Shown here piece after piece: positions 47,355 through 57,161 of a stretch of DNA of 64,000 bases. This DNA comes from an uncultured Bacteroides sp. Its GTDB lineage: Bacteria > Bacteroidota > Bacteroidia > Bacteroidales > Bacteroidaceae. The translations under genes were made by a program, and so were the position numbers. Under the pieces are notes generated by a model, which saw only the letters and a list, made by a program, of their open reading frames with translations, was not told the DNA's origin and made no database searches. The stretch is taken from the NCBI GenBank assembly GCA_949289295.1, contig CASENM010000040.1:3055-67054 (forward strand), written 5' to 3'. Positions within the stretch are counted from its first letter, which is position 1; the number at the start of each line of letters is the position of its first letter.

Positions 47355-48656
47355 ATGATAACATCAGTAATAGGTCGGATTTTCTTGGATGCGTACAATG
47401 AAAGGGAGCATACAGGTTATGATGCGAAAACCTTTTTCATTGAGAAATACTATCCGTTGTTTTTTGATGGTAATAAATATATGCAGTGGGTACAAAACTC
47501 CCCTTTTGTACAAATGAAAAGTGGACAAAAGGTTGAGACATTGTCATCGGATGAAAGACGCGAAAAACTGGAAGAACTGATTTGCAAGATTCAAAACGGT
47601 ACGAAAGATGCCAGTGTGGCTATCGGATATTCTGCCTCCGACGAAAAGGGATATGCTACAACATCGGGGCAGGTAACCAGTTTAGAAATCAAGGTGACCC
47701 ATGATGAAGTTTATCTGTCATGGATTGGAGCTTCTCTAGGTGTCGGCGTTAAAGGAGGACTCAGTATTTTGTTCAGTAATCCTTTGTTATTGCTGAGTAT
47801 ATATGATGGGTGGGCTTTCTATCGTGCTGCCTTAGATAACAATCAGAAACTGAAGGGGAATCAGATAGCATCATGGAATGGTCAATGGCTTGCGCACCGA
47901 TACGACAAGCGTGCGTTTGATGCGGAAAATCCGATGGCAGACTTCAACCCGTATGTCTCAGACAAGGATGCCTCAATGAGTGTGGCTGTGCAGTCGTGGA
48001 CAAAAATTCTGATTAATCTTTCACAGAACTTTTCAGGGCAGAACCTGTTGGGCTATGTTTATAGTCTGGGACAAACTAATATCACGGTTGGTTTTATCCC
48101 TTTTATACTTTTGCAGATAAGGCGTCCGATAGATTTGTATATACGTTTTTTCGGAATGAAAAATTGGAGACAGGCTGAAGAACTTTATGGTACAGCTTTC
48201 GGATTTGACAGGGCATGTCAAGCTGGGGCGATAGGCTTGAAGGCACTTGAACCAAAAGGACTGAAAGATTATATGGAAAAAGGGAAGTTACCTAAATATA
48301 CAGACAATGAAGAACAGACAATAAAATTTCATACTTATCAAACTTGGATTATGGCTATGTTGAACAACGAAGACTTATGGGTGCAATCGGAAAGTTTTGC
48401 ACATGTATTGAAAGAATATTCTGCCGGCAGCAAAAATGCCAAGACGGATAGAACCAATAAGGTGAAGGCTTTATTGGGAGCGCTGAATAAGAAAGAATTT
48501 ATCAGAAATTTAACTGAAATTATCTCAGAGGCTGGCGATGTCAGCAAACTTATGGAAACGGCAAAGCTAGTCAATGATATGCCAGCCGATAATGTTCCGT
48601 ATTTCCTGACATTGATCAGATTCCATTATGCCGCAATTATTAATCTTAACAAATAA
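47355..48656 (+). CDS. cas8: Putative Cas8 large subunit (divergent, 433 aa)
   Basis: Position between cas3 and cas7; the only candidate for the large subunit; helical C-terminal domain; family assignment by context. Confidence 0.65.
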   Translation: MITSVIGRIFLDAYNEREHTGYDAKTFFIEKYYPLFFDGNKYMQWVQNSPFVQMKSGQKVETLSSDERREKLEELICKIQNGTKDASVAIGYSASDEKGYATTSGQVTSLEIKVTHDEVYLSWIGASLGVGVKGGLSILFSNPLLLLSIYDGWAFYRAALDNNQKLKGNQIASWNGQWLAHRYDKRAFDAENPMADFNPYVSDKDASMSVAVQSWTKILINLSQNFSGQNLLGYVYSLGQTNITVGFIPFILLQIRRPIDLYIRFFGMKNWRQAEELYGTAFGFDRACQAGAIGLKALEPKGLKDYMEKGKLPKYTDNEEQTIKFHTYQTWIMAMLNNEDLWVQSESFAHVLKEYSAGSKNAKTDRTNKVKALLGALNKKEFIRNLTEIISEAGDVSKLMETAKLVNDMPADNVPYFLTLIRFHYAAIINLNK

Positions 48657-48661
48657 ATTCT

Positions 48662-49768
48662 ATGAATCCATTTATCTATTTGCGTGCGTTGAAACACGCT
48701 GAACATACTGTTTTCTGTGTAGAAGATGGTCAGAAAACTTATTATGATCCACAATTCAACAGGTACTCACCTTATTCCAGCGGGCAGCAGGTGAAACGTT
48801 CCATCTTACAGTCTGTAACTGACATCTTGAATGCTCCGATGGCACCAATTACATTTAATTATAGCATTACGAAAAACAACGAGTTGGAAAATAAAGAACC
48901 ATGGTCTCCTTGTGATCCGGCTTATGTGGATCAGTTGTTGGGCGGTTGGATGAGAGCAAAGACGGCTGCAGGTAAAACAAAAAATGATGGCGACAAGGAT
49001 AATTCTAAAGAAAATAATGTGATTAAACGCAGAAGCCCTCTGTCGATATCCGCAATGCGCCCAATTCATCCGTTGTTGGCTGGTGTGGACAGTGAGAATC
49101 TTACTTTTGACCGTAGTGACCGTCCGGACTATCATCCTGTAAATGTCAGGAGAGCCGGTAGCGATAAACTTTTGACGGAAGATGAGATAGAAGCTTTCTT
49201 GTCGGACAATGGGCGTACTCTTTCACGAAGGGTTTGGATTCCTGACAATAAAAGAGCTACGGGGCTTTTTGTTTATGACGTGGCCATTGATTTGCGTACG
49301 CTCTTCTGTGTCTCGACAAACCAGCATGAACCGGAAATCTCTAGAGATATGATTGATGAACTTAAATCCAAAGGATGGGTTGAAAGCGAGAATGTGTTTG
49401 GAAAATGCCTTGTATTGCCTGAGGCAGAGCGTAAGAAAGTAATCCCTGCATTGGCGGATGCGCTGATTGATTGGAGAATTACATCGAACCAGGCCCGTAC
49501 ATTTAGTTTGATGGAAACGTTGGCTATTGCAGTGAGTGACAATGCAAATGCTATAGCAGCAGCCATACGTGCGAAATTGATTGATGATAGCGAGAAGCCC
49601 AAGGCGAAACCTATTGTGGATGCAAATGCCGGAGCTGATTTGTTTGTGACTTTGCCATGTGCAAGTTATATTGTGACAGAATGTGAATCTCCGGATGCTA
49701 TTGAAAACGCGAAGCAGAATCTGATCAAGCGAATGTCGGATTTTGATTATGAGAATCAGAATTGTTGA
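48662..49768 (+). CDS. cas7: Cas7 backbone subunit
   Basis: PYSSGQQVKRSI, DQLLGGWM, RRSPLSISAMRP, GLFVYDVAIDL follow the Cas7 RRM pattern. Confidence 0.85.
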   Translation: MNPFIYLRALKHAEHTVFCVEDGQKTYYDPQFNRYSPYSSGQQVKRSILQSVTDILNAPMAPITFNYSITKNNELENKEPWSPCDPAYVDQLLGGWMRAKTAAGKTKNDGDKDNSKENNVIKRRSPLSISAMRPIHPLLAGVDSENLTFDRSDRPDYHPVNVRRAGSDKLLTEDEIEAFLSDNGRTLSRRVWIPDNKRATGLFVYDVAIDLRTLFCVSTNQHEPEISRDMIDELKSKGWVESENVFGKCLVLPEAERKKVIPALADALIDWRITSNQARTFSLMETLAIAVSDNANAIAAAIRAKLIDDSEKPKAKPIVDANAGADLFVTLPCASYIVTECESPDAIENAKQNLIKRMSDFDYENQNC

Positions 49769-49783
49769 TTGTTGGATTTAAAT

Positions 49784-49821
49784 AAGTCCTTCTGACCTTC
49801 TCTCTATGGAAAGAAGGACTT
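49784..49821 (+). terminator. Hairpin between cas7 and cas4
   Basis: AAGTCCTTCT / AGAAGGACTT perfect 10-bp IR followed by T-rich sequence. Confidence 0.45.
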
Positions 49822-49837
49822 GTCTTTCTAGTTTTAT

Positions 49838-50344
49838 ATGCTTACAGGAACTCATTTCAATTATTACCAAGTATGTAAACGTAAGCTTTGGTTGTTTGCC
49901 AATGGCATAAACATGGAGCACACTTCAGACTTGGTGCTTGAAGGCAGGCTTATTCATGAAGATTCCTATCCTCAACGCTCGGACAAATATGAGGAAATAG
50001 AACTGGACGGGATAAAGGTTGACTTTTATGATCCGAAGCGGAAGGTGATTCATGAAATCAAGAAATCGAACAAGGTGGAGGCGGCTCATGAATGGCAGCT
50101 GAAATATTACATCTATGTGTTTGAACGGAATGGGATAGAAGGTGTGACTGGGGTGCTGGAATACCCCACACTGCGGAAAACGCAAGAAGTGTTGTTGAGT
50201 GACGTGGATAGGGAGCGTATAAAGGAGATGGAGGCAGACATACAGCGGATTATTTCCGGTGACGATTGTCCGTCTTTACAGAAGAGAGGCATTTGCCGGA
50301 ATTGCAGTTATTTTGATTTTTGTTATAGCGGAGAGGAGGAGTAA
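49838..50344 (+). CDS. cas4: Cas4 exonuclease
   Basis: CKRKLW, RecB motifs VDFY..HEIKKS, QLKYY, C-terminal C...[10 protein letters not shown] Fe-S cluster. Confidence 0.96.
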   Translation: MLTGTHFNYYQVCKRKLWLFANGINMEHTSDLVLEGRLIHEDSYPQRSDKYEEIELDGIKVDFYDPKRKVIHEIKKSNKVEAAHEWQLKYYIYVFERNGIEGVTGVLEYPTLRKTQEVLLSDVDRERIKEMEADIQRIISGDDCPSLQKRGICRNCSYFDFCYSGEEE

Positions 50345-51360
50345 TGAAAAAGACATTTTATTTGTTCAATCCCGGGATGCTGGAACGGAAGGATAATACC
50401 TTGAAGTTCACTCCGTGTGCAGATGACGGTGAACGGCCTGACGCGAATGCACAGTCGCGTTATTTGCCGGTAGAAGATATCAGCGAATTTTATGTGTTCG
50501 GTTCGTTGCGGGCAAACAGTGCCTTGTTCAACTTTCTGGGGCAGAAGGACATTGCCGTGCATTTCTTTGACTATTACGAAAACTATACAGGTTCGTTCAT
50601 GCCTCGCGACAGTCTGCTTTCTGGCAAGATGTTGCTGGCGCAGACTTCTCATTATCAGAATCAGAAAAAGCGTATGGCAATCGCCCGGAAGTTTATAGAA
50701 GGAGCCGCATACAATATGGTGAAGAATCTGCAGTATTACAACCGCCGGGGAAAAGACATGGAGGACATCATGGAACTGATGAACAAGCTGTCTGCCCAAA
50801 TACCTGATATGCAGACAACGGAAGAGCTTATGGGGATAGAAGGTCAGATCAGGCAGTATTATTATGAGGCGTTTGACTTGATAATCAATGATTTTGAGAT
50901 GGGCAACCGTACAAAACGGCCGCCTCAGAATGAGGTTAACGCCCTGATTTCGTTCGGCAATATGGTTTGCTATACGATTTGTCTGCGTGCCATTCATCAG
51001 ACTCAGTTGAATCCGACCATCAGCTATCTGCACAAACCGGGAGAACGCCGTTATTCGCTGGCGCTGGATATAGCGGAAATATTCAAGCCTATAATAGTGG
51101 ATAGGGTAATATTCAAAGTATTGAACAGGAAAGAGATTCAGGAAAAACATTTTGACAGAAAACTGAACAAATGTTTGCTGAATACAGCAGGAAAGAAGAT
51201 ATTTGTGAAAGCTATAGAGGACAGGCTGGGAGAGACCATCAAGCACCGCTCATTGCACCGTTCGGTGAGCTACCGCCATCTTGTAAAACTGGAGTGCTAT
51301 AAGCTGGCCAAGCATCTGCTGTCGATGGAAGAATATAAACCTTTTAAGATGTATTGGTGA
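50344..51360 (+). CDS. cas1: Cas1 integrase (I-B type)
   Basis: [43 protein letters not shown]. Confidence 0.97.
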   Translation: MKKTFYLFNPGMLERKDNTLKFTPCADDGERPDANAQSRYLPVEDISEFYVFGSLRANSALFNFLGQKDIAVHFFDYYENYTGSFMPRDSLLSGKMLLAQTSHYQNQKKRMAIARKFIEGAAYNMVKNLQYYNRRGKDMEDIMELMNKLSAQIPDMQTTEELMGIEGQIRQYYYEAFDLIINDFEMGNRTKRPPQNEVNALISFGNMVCYTICLRAIHQTQLNPTISYLHKPGERRYSLALDIAEIFKPIIVDRVIFKVLNRKEIQEKHFDRKLNKCLLNTAGKKIFVKAIEDRLGETIKHRSLHRSVSYRHLVKLECYKLAKHLLSMEEYKPFKMYW

Positions 51361-51623
51361 TGTACGTGATTTTGGTTTATGATTTCGGTGAGAAGCGTGT
51401 CGGCAAGATGCTCAAGCTCTGCCGTAAGTATTTGAACTGGATACAGAATTCTGTCTTTGAGGGTGAGATTTCGGAAGCCCGTCTGAAAGAACTGTTGATG
51501 CAGAGTGACAAGTTTATGAACAAGAACGAGGACAGTATAATCATTTTCAGCGGTCCTTCCCAGTCGTCAATGGAGAAAAGGATTGTGGGTAAGGAACGTT
51601 CAACATTAGATATCTTTTTGTGA
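51360..51623 (+). CDS. cas2: Cas2
   Basis: [25 protein letters not shown]. Confidence 0.97.
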   Translation: MYVILVYDFGEKRVGKMLKLCRKYLNWIQNSVFEGEISEARLKELLMQSDKFMNKNEDSIIIFSGPSQSSMEKRIVGKERSTLDIFL

Positions 51624-51840
51624 ATGCAAACAGGTTGTCGGCCATACTATAGTTTCCCGTTTTACTAGGGGTTATTGTGGTTAGAGTTCTATGACTCGTT
51701 GTAACACAAATAGTTGGAGATATGTCGACTCTCAATATATTTTTTATCATTGAGGGTCGACATATTTCTCATTATTTTTTCGTACATTTGCATTCGCCAA
51801 ACCATTTAAAATCAGTGGAGATACTTTTTTAGAGTGGAGG
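51624..51840 (+). promoter_or_regulatory. CRISPR leader
   Basis: AT-rich, 217 bp; 17-bp IR ATATGTCGACTCTCAAT (51720-51736) / ATTGAGGGTCGACATAT (51749-51765); -7 element TACATTTG at 51783-51790. Confidence 0.85.
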
Positions 51841-54800
51841 CTTTTAATCGTACCATTTGGAATTGAAACTTTGGTTTCGTTTTGGTTTCCGTTTGGTTTC
51901 CGTTTCTTTTAATCGTACCATTTGGAATTGAAACACACTTCTCTTATGCGGTCGTCCGCCAGCTTGTGCAGCTTTTAATCGTACCATTTGGAATTGAAAC
52001 GTACTCATCCTTTGTTACGCCCGCAACCTCTTCGGGCTTTTAATCGTACCATTTGGAATTGAAACTTGCTATATCTGCAAGGGAGCGAATGCCAGCGCAA
52101 CTTTTAATCGTACCATTTGGAATTGAAACCGCATTTCGTTTGATTCGCTCAAAGGAACAGGTAACTTTTAATCGTACCATTTGGAATTGAAACGTCTGTA
52201 AAATAGAACTACTGACACTTTGATACACTTTTAATCGTACCATTTGGAATTGAAACCAATGATTAACAAGGGGACGGAAGAGATTAACAAACTTTTAATC
52301 GTACCATTTGGAATTGAAACGTCGTACGCACTTGATTGTTGTTATCTGGATGTCCTTCTTTTAATCGTACCATTTGGAATTGAAACATACTCTTTCTCGT
52401 TGGTTACTCTGTCGGCTGCGGCCTTTTAATCGTACCATTTGGAATTGAAACAAGCACCTGGCGGAACGCGGCCTCCATATTGGACGGACTTTTAATCGTA
52501 CCATTTGGAATTGAAACATGTATTCTCGGCGCTCAGGACGCTAAAGGAAGCCCCTTTTAATCGTACCATTTGGAATTGAAACGTTTGAGCTGGAACGATT
52601 TCCATTATTACAGCCACTTTTAATCGTACCATTTGGAATTGAAACACAGTTATTTCAAGATACTTGCGGACGGTTCCTTCGCTTTTAATCGTACCATTTG
52701 GAATTGAAACGCATTAAAATCATTTTTTTCATAATCTATTGTTTCTTTTAATCGTACCATTTGGAATTGAAACTTCTTCTGGAGCAAGGGAGTCAACGAC
52801 TACCTGAACCTTTTAATCGTACCATTTGGAATTGAAACAGGATAGGCAGCCAAGGGTGGACGTGCTGGACGGCTTTTAATCGTACCATTTGGAATTGAAA
52901 CGATTGCAAGTTCACTTAACTGCAATGCTCAGCAGGCTTTTAATCGTACCATTTGGAATTGAAACAATACTTCATTACTCATCTTTTCTATTCGAGAAAA
53001 AGACTTTTAATCGTACCATTTGGAATTGAAACAGATAACTTTGAATTTTTTAGGAGGCGGGCAAAGACTTTTAATCGTACCATTTGGAATTGAAACTGAT
53101 TTTCTTCATTTCTTCCTGCGGCGCATCCGTCTTTTAATCGTACCATTTGGAATTGAAACCGTCAAGCTTCTGATATACCGGGGTCACTGCCACTTTCTTT
53201 TAATCGTACCATTTGGAATTGAAACTAAGGTATACGTGGACGGATACGGATGGAAAGAACTTTTAATCGTACCATTTGGAATTGAAACTATTGTCTTTCC
53301 CCTTGTCGGGTGTCCGAACAGACTTTTAATCGTACCATTTGGAATTGAAACTACGCTTCAAGGTATTCCCTCATGCCCGATGGCAACCTTTTAATCGTAC
53401 CATTTGGAATTGAAACTTGTAACGGAACCATCGGCGTTAATAGTAATCAAATCACTTTTAATCGTACCATTTGGAATTGAAACATATATAAAGGACCTGC
53501 TGAACAAACGAAACGACACTTTTAATCGTACCATTTGGAATTGAAACTGGATACGCCTTGTGCTTGGGCGCTGCCGGTGCTCTTTTAATCGTACCATTTG
53601 GAATTGAAACTGGATACGCCTTGTGCTTGGGCGCTGCCGGTGCTGCATTTTAATCTTACAAAATGGAATTGAAACAACGAGGAAGGTGTAATTCCGGAGT
53701 ACGACATTCCTTTTAATCGTACCATTTGGAATTGAAACTGGATACGCCTTGTGCTTGGGCGCTGCCGGTGCTGCTTTTAATCGTACCATTTGGAATTGAA
53801 ACAGCAAGGCAGCAAGTTAACAGTAAGTACAAACAGCTTTTAATCGTACCATTTGGAATTGAAACTGCAGAAACGCCAATTTATGAAGGAGGGATGTCAT
53901 CTTTTAATCGTACCATTTGGAATTGAAACTGGAATGCGGCTTCAAAGTATCCGGTTACCACTTCTTCTTTTAATCGTACCATTTGGAATTGAAACAAGGG
54001 AAATGGCAAGGACACAAAACAACTACGAGCTTTTAATCGTACCATTTGGAATTGAAACGCCTTTCGACATTGTCCCGTGAAACCGGAACGGCTCTTTTAA
54101 TCGTACCATTTGGAATTGAAACACCGTCCGGGGCGAACTCTTTTTCCGCCTCCTCGCACTTTTAATCGTACCATTTGGAATTGAAACCAAGTTCCATTCT
54201 GTCACCGGCTTTGCGTGAGCGTGCTTTTAATCGTACCATTTGGAATTGAAACGATAGTGAGGAAGACAAGGGTAATGACCTACCTGCTTTTAATCGTACC
54301 ATTTGGAATTGAAACCAGTTAGCCCGTTATTGGGGTATCTAACCCCGACCTTTTAATCGTACCATTTGGAATTGAAACCGGCTATTGCGGCAATCGTAAT
54401 GTACTTGTTCATCTTTTAATCGTACCATTTGGAATTGAAACTAATTTCCTGATTGCCATTTGTCTTGATGACGTCCCTTTTAATCGTACCATTTGGAATT
54501 GAAACGAACAACCGTGAACATTTCCGAATACCACGCCTCCCTTTTAATCGTACCATTTGGAATTGAAACTGCGTAAGGCCCAGGTACAAGGCCAGGCAAT
54601 CCGGCTTTTAATCGTACCATTTGGAATTGAAACAACTGAAGAAAGAGGGGAATCAGGCTGCACACGGGCTTTTAATCGTACCATTTGGAATTGAAACCTC
54701 TTCCCCTGAGGACGTTGTATCAGCTTTCGTACCCTTTTAATCGTACCATTTGGAATTGAAACGTTCTTGAACTCTTGTTTTTTTAAGATTAATTCTCTTT

Positions 54801-56559
54801 TAATCGTACCATTTGGAATTGAAACGCGTATGAGTGATTACTATAAGAAGAAGTATGACCTTTTAATCGTACCATTTGGAATTGAAACTTACTCAGAAGA
54901 AACACCTGAGGCAGCAGGTGCAGGACTTTTAATCGTACCATTTGGAATTGAAACGCCTATAAAACGACTCGACATTACTGCGATCGCGAACTTTTAATCG
55001 TATCATTTGGAATTGAAACGGACATAGACCTGGATAAGCGGCCTTTTCCTTATCTTTTAATCGTACCATTTGGAATTGAAACGGGCTAGCTCTATCAGAT
55101 TGTATTCTTTCTCCAACTTTTAATCGTACCATTTGGAATTGAAACAATCAACGCCGTTGCGGATACCATATTTCCGATTTCTTTTAATCGTACCATTTGG
55201 AATTGAAACTTTCTCCGTATTCGTCACTGATTATACAGGTGACGGTCTTTTAATCGTACCATTTGGAATTGAAACTTGCTTCCGGAGAGTTCTCCTCCCC
55301 TTCCGTATCCTCTTTTAATCGTACCATTTGGAATTGAAACTCAGACTCATGCGGAGTATTACCTCGACATCCCAGCTTTTAATCGTACCATTTGGAATTG
55401 AAACACTTTAAATATTTCTATCGTTTTAATCCCTACCAATCTTTTAATCGTACCATTTGGAATTGAAACATTGTATTGCCTCGGCTTTGATGCTTTTCAG
55501 AGCCTTTTAATCGTACCATTTGGAATTGAAACCAGGACATAAGATGGGAGCCCGGCGTTGACATTGCTTTTAATCGTACCATTTGGAATTGAAACGGCGA
55601 TAAACGCCACGGTTACGGCGTTGGAACAGCACTTTTAATCGTACCATTTGGAATTGAAACGTCAATACAACGCCTACATTATCATCCTGCCCGGACCTTT
55701 TAATCGTACCATTTGGAATTGAAACCAATTAAATTATGGAATAAACGTTAATTATCAAAACTTTTAATCGTACCATTTGGAATTGAAACGATGGAGACGA
55801 TAGCGGAATTGCAGGGGACTGTAACTTTTAATCGTACCATTTGGAATTGAAACACAGTTCCCCGTATAAGAACGAGATGTTCAGGGATCTTTTAATCGTA
55901 CCATTTGGAATTGAAACTAGCCTCCTTGATCGCGTTGTCATTGCACTGCGGACTTTTAATCGTACCATTTGGAATTGAAACCACGTCACGGTAATAGATC
56001 CCCGTCTTTTCCGGCCTTTTAATCGTACCATTTGGAATTGAAACGAATGTGCTTCATCGCCTTCACGTAGAAGTCCTGCTTTTAATCGTACCATTTGGAA
56101 TTGAAACATATTCTTTCTCCCCTCTGTACTGGAATTGATGTACACTTTTAATCGTACCATTTGGAATTGAAACTCGGAAAGGAACGCACGCGGGCGCACG
56201 CATACGCGCCTTTTAATCGTACCATTTGGAATTGAAACTTACCTGCTCAGACCAGATCGGAACAGGCTGGAAGCTTTTAATCGTACCATTTGGAATTGAA
56301 ACGCAGGATAATTAGAAATGACTCTAAGGCTGTCATCTTTTAATCGTACCATTTGGAATTGAAACTGGCCAGAGCCGTCCTTCAGAAATTTCTCTATCGT
56401 TTCTTTTAATCGTACCATTTGGAATTGAAACCCAGCAGCTCGTTCTGCTTGCGTACGTCGGCAATCTTTTAATCGTACCATTTGGAATTGAAACTCGGAA
56501 ACAGACGGGTTACAGAATACGAGTTCGTGACTTTTAATCGTACCATTTGGAATTGAGGC
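51841..56559 (+). CRISPR. CRISPR array, 74 repeats / 73 spacers (34-38 nt)
   Basis: 29-nt repeat CTTTTAATCGTACCATTTGGAATTGAAAC, counted manually; variants R29 (53647-53675), R50 (54991-55019, one C>T) and terminal R74 ending GAGGC; the ATTGAAAC 3' end, leader position and degenerate end give + orientation. Confidence 0.99.
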
Positions 56560-56680
56560 AAAGAATTTCACGATATTTTCCGTAAATCTTTTGATTGAAG
56601 TCAGACCTTTTATTGCTCATTGCGACACTTTTAGTCATGCCGGATGGTATCGGAACAATGGCTGGTAAGGCGGAGTGTTT

Positions 56681-57070
56681 TTATTTGTTCGCTGGAAATA
56701 AGTTGCCCGTCCATCCGCCTGCCAATGCCGCTGCTACGCCTAAAATAATGCTCGCACTGATATATGCCAGAAATGTCCCGTAGTATCCTTGCCGGAGCAT
56801 GGAGATTCCTTCGTGACTGAATGTAGAGAAAGTGGTAAATCCTCCGCAGAGTCCAGTGGTCAAGAAAAGTCTTGTTTCGTCGGAAAGGTTAAAGCGTGAA
56901 GATAGGGCATAAAACAAGCCGATAAGGAAGCTGCCTGCTATGTTTACGCTGAGTGTGGCCCAGGGGAAGACAAAAGGGGAGATGCGGCCATGCATGAATA
57001 CTTGTACGCTGTAGCGCAACAAGCTGCCTAGGCCGCCTCCCAGAAAGACTGTGATTAATATTTTGGTCAT
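56681..57070 (-). CDS. crcB: Fluoride channel Fluc/CrcB
   Basis: GGGLGSLLRY, ATLSVNIAGSF, TTGLCGGFTTFSTF; promoter TAAATTTG at 57099-57106 (-). Confidence 0.96.
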   Translation of the reverse strand: MTKILITVFLGGGLGSLLRYSVQVFMHGRISPFVFPWATLSVNIAGSFLIGLFYALSSRFNLSDETRLFLTTGLCGGFTTFSTFSHEGISMLRQGYYGTFLAYISASIILGVAAALAGGWTGNLFPANK

Positions 57071-57161
57071 TCGGGTCTGATGATTAAAAAAAGCGTTGCA
57101 AATTTACGGAAAAATTGGATAAACGGCAATGTGCCATCAGCCGAATCCGTGCCGTCGGGGA

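Noticed and set aside
51841-56559. Self-targeting spacers
   Set aside because: No spacer match to the rest of this window was noticed by eye; a genome-wide search is still needed
52040-56571. ORFs inside the CRISPR array (LLIVPFGIET / FQFQMVRLK repeats)
   Set aside because: Translations of the repeat-spacer units, not genes
56560-56610. Eroded 75th repeat (CTTTTGATTGAAG at 56588-56600) or a CreA-like regulatory mini-spacer
   Set aside because: The match is too short, and the intervening 28 nt show no convincing complementarity to the cas6 promoter
57071-57160. Fluoride riboswitch upstream of crcB
   Set aside because: The -7 element (57099-57106) leaves only about 20 nt of 5' UTR, and no crcB-motif consensus is visible on the coding strand
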